From positions 1 through 34,756 of the forward strand of contig JAVXWK010000912.1 of NCBI GenBank assembly GCA_032230575.1: a stretch of 34,756 bases of DNA, written 5' to 3'. This stretch comes from Pseudonocardiales bacterium. Lineage in GTDB: Bacteria; Actinomycetota; Actinomycetes; Mycobacteriales; Pseudonocardiaceae. The notes under the pieces are model-generated. The model did not search any database and was not told the origin of the DNA. It saw nothing but the letters and a program-made list of their open reading frames with translations. Within the stretch, counting starts at the first letter, position 1; each line of letters begins with the position of its first letter. Positions 1-13,428 of the stretch are shown here, one piece after another. A program made the translations under genes and the position numbers.

Positions 1-681
1 GGAATACCTGTTGATCAGCTCGCTGGGCGACCCCTCAGCCGCGATCCGACCACCGTCCATCACCACGAGCCGGTCGCACAGCTGCTCGGCCTCGTCCATG
101 TAATGGGTGGTGATGATGAGCGTGACACCGTCCTGCTTCAGCCGGAACAGCCTGTCCCACAACAGATGCCGAGCCTGCGGGTCCAACCCGGTGGTCGGCT
201 CGTCCAACAGCAGCAACTCCGGATCGTTCACCAACGACCGCGCGATCGTCAGCCGCCGCTTCATCCCCCCGGACAACGGCTCGACTTCGTGATCCGCCCG
301 ATCCGTGAGCTGCGCGAACTCCAGCAACTCGTCGGCCTTCTCGCGGCACCGCGCCCGCGACATCCCGAAGTACCTCCCGTAAATCTGGAGGTTCTGCCTC
401 ACGGTGAGCTCCGTGTCGAGGTTGTCGAGCTGCGGCACCACCCCGACCCTCGCCCGAATCCTGGGCCCGTCCCGCTCCGGGTCCATCCCGAGCACCGACA
501 GATCCCCACCGGTCCGCCCGGACACGCACGAGATCATCCGCATGGTCGACGACTTCCCGGCCCCGTTGGGTCCCAAGAACCCGAAGGCCTCCCCACGGCG
601 CACCTCGACGTCGATGCCGCGAACGGCCTCGAACGACCCAAAATGCTTGGTCAGCGCCTTGGCCTCAACGAGGTTCTCCAC
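1..681 (-). CDS. ABC transporter ATP-binding protein, NodI/DrrA-like (3' end runs off the window)
   Basis: Manual translation from GTG at 681 (absent from the ORF track because there is no stop in the window): MENLVEAKALTKHFGSFEAVRGID, Walker A GPNGAGKS, signature LSGGMKRR, Walker B LLLLDEPTTGLD, H-loop TTHYMDEAE. Confidence 0.92.
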   Translation of the reverse strand, partial: MENLVEAKALTKHFGSFEAVRGIDVEVRRGEAFGFLGPNGAGKSSTMRMISCVSGRTGGDLSVLGMDPERDGPRIRARVGVVPQLDNLDTELTVRQNLQIYGRYFGMSRARCREKADELLEFAQLTDRADHEVEPLSGGMKRRLTIARSLVNDPELLLLDEPTTGLDPQARHLLWDRLFRLKQDGVTLIITTHYMDEAEQLCDRLVVMDGGRIAAEGSPSELINRYS

Positions 682-736
682 CCGCCCGACGTTAACGAAC
701 AGGTCCGACAATTTTCGACGCATTTACGATCAGCAC

Positions 737-1333
737 ATGCCCGAGACGGAACTCCGGTGGCTGACCGAGGCCGACGACACCCTCCGCGCCGAAATCCACG
801 CAGTCGTGCACGACGTAGTAGCCGCAGGCGGCGCGGTCGGCTACCACGAGCCCCCGACCTTCGACAGAATCTCCGCCTGGCTGGACGGCGTCCTCAAGCA
901 GGTCCGCGACAACGACGCCGCCTTCGTCACAGCTCTCGTGGACGGTGTGGTCCGGGCAGTGGGCCTCTGGCGCCGTGGCTCCACCGCCGTCTTCCAGCAC
1001 CGCGTGGAAATCCAGCAGATCATGGCCCACCCCTCCGCACGCGGTCTGGGCCTGGGCAAACGAGTCGTGCGGGGCCTGATCGACCACGCCCGCGAACACG
1101 GCGTCGAAATCGTCATGCTCGGCACACGCGGCAACAACCACGGCGCCATCGAACTCTACGAATCGCTCGGCTTCCGCGAATGCGGCCGCATGCCGAACGC
1201 CATCGCCGTGGGCACCGAACGCTGGGACGACGTCTGGATGTACCTGCCACTCGGCTACCCGGAGGGCACCACCCTCAACGGCGCCAGCGCAGGCGGCCTG
1301 GGCTCGAGCCCACGGCGGGACGGCGCGCCCTGA
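737..1333 (+). CDS. GNAT family N-acetyltransferase (198 aa)
   Basis: Acetyl-CoA motif HPSARGLGLG, then NHGAIELYESLGFRECG. Start moved to ATG 737, 6 nt after TACGAT; the track start at 404 overlaps the ABC gene. Confidence 0.85.
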   Translation: MPETELRWLTEADDTLRAEIHAVVHDVVAAGGAVGYHEPPTFDRISAWLDGVLKQVRDNDAAFVTALVDGVVRAVGLWRRGSTAVFQHRVEIQQIMAHPSARGLGLGKRVVRGLIDHAREHGVEIVMLGTRGNNHGAIELYESLGFRECGRMPNAIAVGTERWDDVWMYLPLGYPEGTTLNGASAGGLGSSPRRDGAP

Positions 1334-1364
1334 TCAGGCCGAAACGGCACCGCCCGAAAACAAC

Positions 1365-1400
1365 GAGTGGCCCTGACCGATTTACCGGTCAGGGCCACTC
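1365..1400 (-). terminator. Intrinsic terminator between convergent GNAT and ndk
   Basis: Perfect 15-bp stem GAGTGGCCCTGACCG/CGGTCAGGGCCACTC with a 6-nt loop, followed on the minus strand by GTTGTTTTC; could act in both directions. Confidence 0.85.
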
Positions 1401-1431
1401 ACAGAACGAGAAACGCCGGAACAGCGCCAGA

Positions 1432-1842
1432 TCAGAGGTTCGGGAACCAGATCTTGATCTCACGCTCAGCCGACTCGGCAGAGTCGGACCCGTGCACCAG
1501 GTTGTACTGGACCTCGAGCCCGAAGTCGCCGCGGATCGTGCCGGGGGTCGCCTTCTCGACAGGGTCAGTACCACCAGCGAGCTGACGGAACGCCGGGATC
1601 GCCCGCACACCCTCGACCACCAGAGCGACCAACGGCCCACCGGTGATGAAGTCGACGAGGTCGTTGTAGAACGACTTGCCGTCGTGCTCCGCGTAGTGCT
1701 GCTCAGCAGTCGCGCGGTCAGCGGTGCGAAGCTCCAACGCGGCGAGCTTGAGCCCCTTGCGCTCGATCCGGGCGATCACCTCGCCAACGAGACCACGCTC
1801 AACGCCATCGGGCTTAACGAGAACCAGGGTGCGCTCGGACAC
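1432..1842 (-). CDS. ndk: Nucleoside diphosphate kinase (136 aa)
   Basis: [21 protein letters not shown] and active-site NLVHGSDS; GTG at 1842 with GAGGAG RBS upstream. Confidence 0.97.
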   Translation of the reverse strand: MSERTLVLVKPDGVERGLVGEVIARIERKGLKLAALELRTADRATAEQHYAEHDGKSFYNDLVDFITGGPLVALVVEGVRAIPAFRQLAGGTDPVEKATPGTIRGDFGLEVQYNLVHGSDSAESAEREIKIWFPNL

Positions 1843-1908
1843 GACGGTGTGACTCCTCAAAACAGGTCGAACAGGTACGGGAAGTGCCGCCAAGGGTAGC
1901 TGCCCGCA

Positions 1909-3354
1909 CTAGTGCACCAGCACCGGCTGCGCGTCGTCCCGGGAGACCGCGACCTGCCGCAGCACGAACACCGCCAGCCCGAGAGCCACCGCCACCAGTC
2001 CGGCCGAGATCCAGAACGCCAGGTGGAACCCGGAGGTCAGCGCCTCCAGCCGGCCCACCCCTGAGGCCACCAGCGACGACGTGTACGCGGTGGAGGTGGT
2101 GGCCAGCACCGCGAGCCCGAGAGCTCCGCCCACCTGCGCGGTCGTGTTGACCAGCCCGGAAGCCAGCCCGGCCTCGTCGTGCGAGGCACCGGACATCGCC
2201 AGCGTCATCAAGGCGGGGAACGACAACCCGAGCCCGATCCCCAGCGGCGCCACCGCGGGCAGGATGTCCGGCAGGTACGAGCCGTCGACCGGCACCTGCG
2301 TGAACACGATCATCCCGGCCAGCATGAACAGCAGGCCGACGATCAGCATGTTCCGCTCGCCGAACCGCGAGTTCAGGCGCGCCGACAGCGACACCGAGAA
2401 CACCGCGATCGCACCGGCGACCGGCATGAACGCCAGGCCGATCTCCAGCGGCGAGTAAGCCAGCACGAGCTGCATGTAGAGCGTGCCGAGGAAGAACAGC
2501 CCGAACATGCCGGCGACCATCGAGATCTGCACGAGGTTCGCACCGGTCACGTTGCGAGACCGGAAGACCCGCAACGGCAGCAGCGGCTTGGCAGCAGTCC
2601 GTTGGCGCACAACGAATCCGACGAGCAGAGCCAGTGCGACTGCACCCAGCCCGAGGGTCTGCACCGAACCAAAGCCGTAGTGCTCGGCCTTGACGATCGT
2701 GTACACGCCGAGCATCACCGCGGCCACGATCAGCAGCGCACCAAGGACGTCCGCGCCCTCACGCAGCCCGAGACCCACCGAGTCCGGCACGAGACGCACC
2801 GCCGCGATAGCGGCCACGATGCCGATCGGGATGTTCACGAAGAAGATCCAGTGCCACGACATGGCGTCGGTCAGCACGCCGCCGAGCAGCAGGCCGATGG
2901 ACGCTCCCGCAGCAGCGACGAAGCTGAAGATGCCGATGGCGCGCCTCTGCTCGTCGGGCTTCGGGAACATCGTCACGACCATGCCCAGCGTCACGGACGT
3001 GGCCAGCGCACCGCCCGCACCCTGCACAAATCGAGAAATGATCAGCATCTCGGAGCTGAAGGACACGCCGCACAGCAGCGACGCGACCGTGAAGACGCCG
3101 AGGCCGATCAGGAACACCTTCTTGTGCCCGATCAGGTCGCCGAGGCGGCCCGCGAGCAGCAGCAGACCGCCATAGGCGATCAAGTACGCGTTGACGACCC
3201 AAGCCAGACCGGCCTGGCCGAACTTGAGGTCTTCTTCGATCGCGGGCAGCGCGACGTTCACGATCGTCTGATCGAGAACGATCATCAGCATGCCCGCGCA
3301 CAGGACGATCAGCGCCAGCCAGCGCGAGTCCGTCTTCGGTCCCCCTGAAGTCAT
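1909..3354 (-). CDS. MFS drug:H+ antiporter, DHA2 (EmrB/QacA) family
   Basis: LDQTIVNVALP, motif A GRLGDLIGHKK, WHWIFFVNIPIG and about 14 hydrophobic segments. Confidence 0.92.
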   Translation of the reverse strand: MTSGGPKTDSRWLALIVLCAGMLMIVLDQTIVNVALPAIEEDLKFGQAGLAWVVNAYLIAYGGLLLLAGRLGDLIGHKKVFLIGLGVFTVASLLCGVSFSSEMLIISRFVQGAGGALATSVTLGMVVTMFPKPDEQRRAIGIFSFVAAAGASIGLLLGGVLTDAMSWHWIFFVNIPIGIVAAIAAVRLVPDSVGLGLREGADVLGALLIVAAVMLGVYTIVKAEHYGFGSVQTLGLGAVALALLVGFVVRQRTAAKPLLPLRVFRSRNVTGANLVQISMVAGMFGLFFLGTLYMQLVLAYSPLEIGLAFMPVAGAIAVFSVSLSARLNSRFGERNMLIVGLLFMLAGMIVFTQVPVDGSYLPDILPAVAPLGIGLGLSFPALMTLAMSGASHDEAGLASGLVNTTAQVGGALGLAVLATTSTAYTSSLVASGVGRLEALTSGFHLAFWISAGLVAVALGLAVFVLRQVAVSRDDAQPVLVH

Positions 3355-3369
3355 AAGAGGAACCGTAGC

Positions 3370-3393
3370 AGATAGTTTTGTACGGGACTATCT
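3370..3393. promoter_or_regulatory. Candidate MarR operator over the MFS promoter
   Basis: Inverted repeat AGATAGT-N10-ACTATCT next to a TACGGT -10 (minus strand, 3362-3367). CAGATAGTTT recurs upstream of marR (3908-3917, minus). Confidence 0.6.
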
Positions 3394-3394
3394 T

Positions 3395-3877
3395 TTATCC
3401 AACCGCATGACGCAGGGCACGCTTGCGCGGCGGCTTCTCGCACGGCATCGGGGTGCTCAACCGGCCCTCGGTCAGCCGGGTCAGGCCACCGACCAGGCCT
3501 TCTCGCTCATCGGCCGGCAGCGAGCTCAGCACGCTCTCGTACACGCCGGCCACGACCTGGTCGGCCTTCTCGACGATCGCCCTGCCCGCCTCGGTCACGA
3601 CGACGACGCGGGCACGACGGTCGGTGGCGGACGGCTTGCGCTCGGCGTAACCAGCGGATTCGAGGGCGTCCAGGGTCACGACCATGGTCGTCTTGTCGAT
3701 GCTGATCATGTCGGCGATCTCGGACTGCGTGTGGTCCGCGTCCAGGGCACTGGCCAGCACGCAGCGGGCTCGCGGAGTCAGTCCGATCTCCGCGAGCCTC
3801 GCCGTCAGCTCGGTCTCCAGCGCGTGTGACGTGCGATGCAGCAGCATCATCAGGTCAGTACACATCGTCGTGCCCAT
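3395..3877 (-). CDS. MarR family transcriptional regulator
   Basis: TQSEIADMISIDKTTMVVTLDALE helix-turn-helix and wing motif DRRARVVVVTEAG; adjacent to the MFS gene. Confidence 0.92.
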   Translation of the reverse strand: MGTTMCTDLMMLLHRTSHALETELTARLAEIGLTPRARCVLASALDADHTQSEIADMISIDKTTMVVTLDALESAGYAERKPSATDRRARVVVVTEAGRAIVEKADQVVAGVYESVLSSLPADEREGLVGGLTRLTEGRLSTPMPCEKPPRKRALRHAVG

Positions 3878-3926
3878 GAGACCTACGGTATCAAATTATC
3901 TCGACCGAAACTATCTGCCGGAAGAA

Positions 3927-9323
<5,397 letters not shown>

Positions 9324-9336
9324 CGCGACCTCCTTG

Positions 9337-9417
9337 TCGCAACTTCTTGCAGGGTTGCTGCACGAAACCACGGCAAACAGCCGGAAACAATACGTCGGGT
9401 CCTGCAAATATTTGCGA
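9337..9417. promoter_or_regulatory. Pair of candidate LacI/MalR-type operators upstream of the amylopullulanase
   Basis: TCGCAACTTCTTGCAGG (9337-9353) matches the reverse complement of 9401-9417 at 14/17; the second site contains the perfect palindrome GCAAATATTTGC (9404-9415). Confidence 0.55.
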
Positions 9418-10665
9418 TCAGCCCGCCGGACGCTTGTACGTGATCGCGATGCGAAGCGGATGCGAGCGCCACTCGTTGACCGCCATGCCGGCGATCACGC
9501 CGATGCCCTCGATGGAGTCCGGGGTCGCCGGCGCGCTGCGGCTCGGCGAGCCCGCCAGCGGACCTCCGACCGGCGGCGGCGAGAACTGCGCGACGACCAC
9601 CTGCTGCCCTTCGTGGGGCTGCACGGCAAGCAGAACGTGCGGGTTCGCCTGCTCGCCCTGGTTCTCGATCGGTTCGAGGGAGAGGTACTCACCGCGTTCC
9701 GCCGCCTCAGCGCACATCCGGCCCGCCCACCTGAACGCGTCCATGACGTCGTCGTCGGAAAGCTCGGCGTCCGCTTCCGGCAGCGAGACCTGCACCAGGT
9801 GCGTGCCGTGCGCGGTCATCTCGCCGTTGGTGGTGTAGCGGTCGGGGATCATCGCCTCGCCGGTCTCGAGGTCGATCATGAGCAGGTCGCGGAACCTGGT
9901 GTCGGCGAGCGGTGACCGGCCCATCAGGCCGCGGCCGAGCATCTCCTTCAGCTTCGGGTCGGTCATCCGCCAATACGTCGTCAGCTCACCGATCTGCAGG
10001 CCGATGAAGTCCTTGACCGGCAGGCTGGGCAACGCCGTCATGAGGCTCTGACCGGGCGAGACCGGTGGTTGCGACGGCGCCTGGACCTGGAACGGCGGGA
10101 GAGCCGCGAACTGCGGGTCGACCCGTGCCGTGCGGACGACGTGGTGAGCCCACGCGCGCACACGGGACAACGGGTGGTCAGGGAACCTCACGTCGTAACG
10201 AGGATCGTCGCCCGCGTGGAACGGCAGCACGCCCTGCAGCTCCGGCGCGTACGGGTGCTGCATGATCCAGCGCTCGAACCCGACCTCGGGTGCCAGCGCC
10301 GCCTCGCGCATGCCCGAGACCGGGCCTTCCGGCGCGATGAGCTGCAACACCGCGCTGCAGGTCGCCTTCGGGACCGTGAACGAGCACAGGAACGCCTGCC
10401 CGGCCGGGCGGTTCGGCAGCGGCACCTTGATGATCCGCAGCAGCGCGGGCACCCCGGCGAGCTGGACGACGTGCGCCTCGATGAGGCAACCGTCCTTGCT
10501 GTGCAGCACAGCGAGGTCGTGCCTCAGTCCGGGCAGGTCGTCCAGCCCGGCGGGCAGATCCGGGACAAGGTCGTAGTACTCCAGGACAACGTGGTCACCA
10601 TTGGCGTGCTGCCAGGTTGTCTGGTCGAGCTGACGGAAGCCGGCGGTGTCGAACGAGATGGGCAC
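9418..10665 (-). CDS. Hypothetical protein (415 aa, probably multi-domain)
   Basis: Protein-like composition, fills the gap between flanking genes, TAGGGT -10 lies 7 nt before the GTG; Pro/Gln-rich linker near residue 195. No family recognised. Confidence 0.78.
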   Translation of the reverse strand: MPISFDTAGFRQLDQTTWQHANGDHVVLEYYDLVPDLPAGLDDLPGLRHDLAVLHSKDGCLIEAHVVQLAGVPALLRIIKVPLPNRPAGQAFLCSFTVPKATCSAVLQLIAPEGPVSGMREAALAPEVGFERWIMQHPYAPELQGVLPFHAGDDPRYDVRFPDHPLSRVRAWAHHVVRTARVDPQFAALPPFQVQAPSQPPVSPGQSLMTALPSLPVKDFIGLQIGELTTYWRMTDPKLKEMLGRGLMGRSPLADTRFRDLLMIDLETGEAMIPDRYTTNGEMTAHGTHLVQVSLPEADAELSDDDVMDAFRWAGRMCAEAAERGEYLSLEPIENQGEQANPHVLLAVQPHEGQQVVVAQFSPPPVGGPLAGSPSRSAPATPDSIEGIGVIAGMAVNEWRSHPLRIAITYKRPAG

Positions 10666-10687
10666 GCACCCGACCCTATTGCGATCG

Positions 10688-12196
10688 TCAGGCCGCCCTC
10701 AGCGTTTTGGACCAGAGCGATGCGCCGGTTGCGTCACGCAGCCACACGGTGAGCTCGTGCTGGGTCGCCTCGACCTCACCGAAGTGCTGGAAGCCGTCCA
10801 GCGGCGAGGTGTTCGGAGCGGGCGGGGCGTGCACGAACACGGCTTCCGGGCCGAACGTCGGGTCGAGCGTGTTCGGGCCGAACGCACCCGCGTGGGCCGG
10901 GCCGGACACGAACTCCCAGAACGGGTCGAAGTCGCCGACGGCCGCGCGGTCCGGCGAGTAGTGGTGCGCCGCCGTGTAGTGAACGTCGGCGGTGAGCCAC
11001 ACGGTGTTGCGGACGCGGCGCTTCTTGAGCTCCCGCAACACCCACGCGATCTCGTGCTCACGGCCGTTGGGGGCGCCCGGCAGGCCGTTGGCGACGCCCT
11101 CGATGTCGGTGCCGTCCGGGACGGTGAGGCCGACCGGCAGGTCCGCGGCGATGATCTTCCACGTGGCGGTGCTGCGGCTGAGCTCGTTCACCAGCCACTT
11201 CGCCTGCTTCTCGCCGAGGATCACGCCGGGCTGGTCCTTGGGCGAGGTGTTCTTGTCCTTGTAGGTGCGCATGTCGAGCACGAAGATCTCGACGTTGCGG
11301 CCGTAGGAGAACTTCCGGTAGACGCGGCCGTCCACAGCGCGGTGCCGGTCGATCGGCATCCACTCGTGGAACGCCTGGAAAGCGCGCTGTGCCAACACAT
11401 CTACGCGCTTCTCGGTGTACTGAGGGAGGTCCAGGATCTCGCCGGGGTACCAGTTGTTGGTGACCTCGTGGTCATCCCATTGCGCATAGGCGGGAACCTG
11501 CGCGGCGAAGCGCTTGAGGTTGTCGTCGAGCAGGTTGTAGGCGAACTGGCCGCGGTACTCGTCGAGCGTTTCGGCCACTTTGGACTTCTCGGGCGTGACG
11601 ACGTTGCGCCAGATCCGGCCGTCCGGGAGCGTCACGGACTCCTTCATCGGGCCGTCGGAGTAGACGCTGTCGCCGCTGTGGACGAAGAAGTCGGGCCTGC
11701 GGTCGGCCATGGCCTTGAAGATCGGCATGCCGCCGATGTCCGGGTTGATGCCCCAGCCCTGGCCGGCGACGTCACCGGACCACACGAAGCGGACCTGGTC
11801 CCGGCCGAGCGGGGCGGTGCTGAAGCTGCCGGTGACGGGCTCGCTGCACGAGCGGCCGTGCAGGTCCTCGGCCGTGACGCGGTAGTAGGCGGTGCGGCCT
11901 GGCAGCAGGTGGCCGACCCTGACCTGCCCGGTGCCGCCCGTCTCCGGCGTGAGCAGCGGGCCGCGGACGTGGCGGGAGAGGCGGAACTTCGGGTCGTCGG
12001 ACACCTCGACGAGCATCCGGGACGGCCGGTCCGCGCGGGTCCAGACGATGCCACCGTCCCAGGTGACGTCGCCGGACTGCACGCCGTGCGTGAGGACGGG
12101 ACGGTCGGCCTTGGCGAGGCTGATGCCCGAGGGCACCAGCGCCGCGGCCGTGCCGATTGCGCCTGCCTTGAACAACGTGCGACGGTCGAAGGTCAT
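10688..12196 (-). CDS. phoD: PhoD family alkaline phosphatase, Tat-exported
   Basis: Twin-arginine FDRRTLFK; THGVQSGD, HSGDSVYSDG, QWDDHEV, LDMRTY, TADVHY. Confidence 0.93.
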   Translation of the reverse strand: MTFDRRTLFKAGAIGTAAALVPSGISLAKADRPVLTHGVQSGDVTWDGGIVWTRADRPSRMLVEVSDDPKFRLSRHVRGPLLTPETGGTGQVRVGHLLPGRTAYYRVTAEDLHGRSCSEPVTGSFSTAPLGRDQVRFVWSGDVAGQGWGINPDIGGMPIFKAMADRRPDFFVHSGDSVYSDGPMKESVTLPDGRIWRNVVTPEKSKVAETLDEYRGQFAYNLLDDNLKRFAAQVPAYAQWDDHEVTNNWYPGEILDLPQYTEKRVDVLAQRAFQAFHEWMPIDRHRAVDGRVYRKFSYGRNVEIFVLDMRTYKDKNTSPKDQPGVILGEKQAKWLVNELSRSTATWKIIAADLPVGLTVPDGTDIEGVANGLPGAPNGREHEIAWVLRELKKRRVRNTVWLTADVHYTAAHHYSPDRAAVGDFDPFWEFVSGPAHAGAFGPNTLDPTFGPEAVFVHAPPAPNTSPLDGFQHFGEVEATQHELTVWLRDATGASLWSKTLRAA

Positions 12197-12213
12197 GCGC
12201 GGTTTCTAGTCGC

Positions 12214-12246
12214 CGGTTCTGACCGGCCGCCGAACCCCAGATGAAC
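12214..12246 (-). promoter_or_regulatory. PHO box (PhoP/RegX3-type direct repeats) upstream of phoD
   Basis: Three in-phase 11-nt units GTTCATCTGGG, GTTCGGCGGCC, GGTCAGAACCG ending 17 nt before the ATG; resembles the Streptomyces PhoP G(G/T)TCA 11-nt repeat unit. Confidence 0.75.
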
Positions 12247-12247
12247 T

Positions 12248-12679
12248 TCAGCAGCGCTTGTCCGTGGCGCCCCACACGTAGTCGGTGACGCCGGAGCCCG
12301 TGCGGATGGTGGCGACGGCCTTGGTGCACTTGTCGAGCGTGGCCGCGCCCGCGCCCCACAGCTCCTGCTTGCCGGTGGCCTGGCCGCCACCGTGCGGGAT
12401 CTCCTCGCCGCCGCTGAACTCCGCGATCCAGTTGCTGGTGCTGACGTTGCGGTGCGAGCTGTAGAACGAGTCCCACACCCACAGGTACGGGTAGTTCTTG
12501 CCGCAGCCGGCGAACTGCTTCACAGAGCCGATCTGCTTGCCCTGGTAGGTGATGGCGCCGGTGGAGCCGATCTGCTTGGCAGAGGCACAACCGGGGACGG
12601 ACTCGGCGTTGGCGGTGCCAACTCCGACGGACAGCAGCGTCGCGGCCAGTGCGGCGGCGAGGGCAAGTGGCTTTCTCAC
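12248..12679 (-). CDS. Small secreted hypothetical protein (143 aa, 4 Cys)
   Basis: Sec signal MRKPLALAAALAATLLSVGVGTANA; mature part looks beta-rich and has four cysteines, the last being the C-terminal residue. Confidence 0.8.
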   Translation of the reverse strand: MRKPLALAAALAATLLSVGVGTANAESVPGCASAKQIGSTGAITYQGKQIGSVKQFAGCGKNYPYLWVWDSFYSSHRNVSTSNWIAEFSGGEEIPHGGGQATGKQELWGAGAATLDKCTKAVATIRTGSGVTDYVWGATDKRC

Positions 12680-12723
12680 AGCCGCGACGCTGGTGCAGTC
12701 CGGTTATGTAGCGGTAAATCCCT

Positions 12724-13428
12724 TTAGGTCAGGCGCTTGAGCCAGTCCGTGATGATCTGGCGCGACGCCGGGGTGGCGTGCACCCACGTCTGGTGGTTCT
12801 GGTCGGTGTACTTGACCACGAGCCAGCGGCCGTCCTCGAAGTCGATCGTGGTGAGGAACGTCTTGGCCCGCTGCCGGCCCTCGCCGTTGCGCTTCGCCGC
12901 GTACAGCTTCGCAGTGCCCTTGCGGGGCTGGGCGAGCAGCTGACGCAGCGAGATCGACGGCGACGCCTTGCCCGGCTGGTGCACGTTGATCTCGGACTCG
13001 TGCACGTTGATCGACGCGCCACGACCCGCCGGGACGTCCGGCAGCTGCATCGCGAGGACCTCCGGCGCGTTCTCCGGCCGGATCGGGTGCAGCTGCACGA
13101 ACCCGTTGTCGTGCACGGCGAGGACGCCGTGCTGCGAGTTCGCCGCGACCACCACGGGCTTGGTCTCGCTCGGCGTGACCGCGATCCACGCCGAGTAGTC
13201 GTGGTCCGCCTTGGCGATCAGGTGCAGCGTGCCCCGCACGTCCGGATGATCGAGCCCGACCCTGCGCAGCTCGCCGATGACGTCGCGCTCGATCAGCGCA
13301 CGCTCGTCTTCGGTCTCACCGGGCGAGTCGACGGAGAGCGCCGGGTGGTACTCCCCGAGCCGCTCCTGCTTCCACAGCACGTCGAACGCGAGGTCGGACA
13401 GCTGAATGGACGAACGCAGCACGCTCAC
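12724..13428 (-). CDS. espG: ESX secretion-associated protein EspG family chaperone
   Basis: LSDLAFDVLW, HPALSVDSPGET, LPDVPAGRGASINV, IDFEDGRWL, PAS pattern typical of actinomycete EspG; GTGA overlap with the PPE-like gene. Confidence 0.85.
   Translation of the reverse strand: MSVLRSSIQLSDLAFDVLWKQERLGEYHPALSVDSPGETEDERALIERDVIGELRRVGLDHPDVRGTLHLIAKADHDYSAWIAVTPSETKPVVVAANSQHGVLAVHDNGFVQLHPIRPENAPEVLAMQLPDVPAGRGASINVHESEINVHQPGKASPSISLRQLLAQPRKGTAKLYAAKRNGEGRQRAKTFLTTIDFEDGRWLVVKYTDQNHQTWVHATPASRQIITDWLKRLT

Noticed and set aside
103-1899. 598-aa plus-strand ORF and the many other long Arg/Pro/Gly-rich ORFs (e.g. 7821..9443, 10646..12244, 22986..24446, 32363..33817)
   Set aside because: Antisense or off-frame shadows of well-supported genes; stop codons are scarce in high-GC DNA and there are no family motifs.
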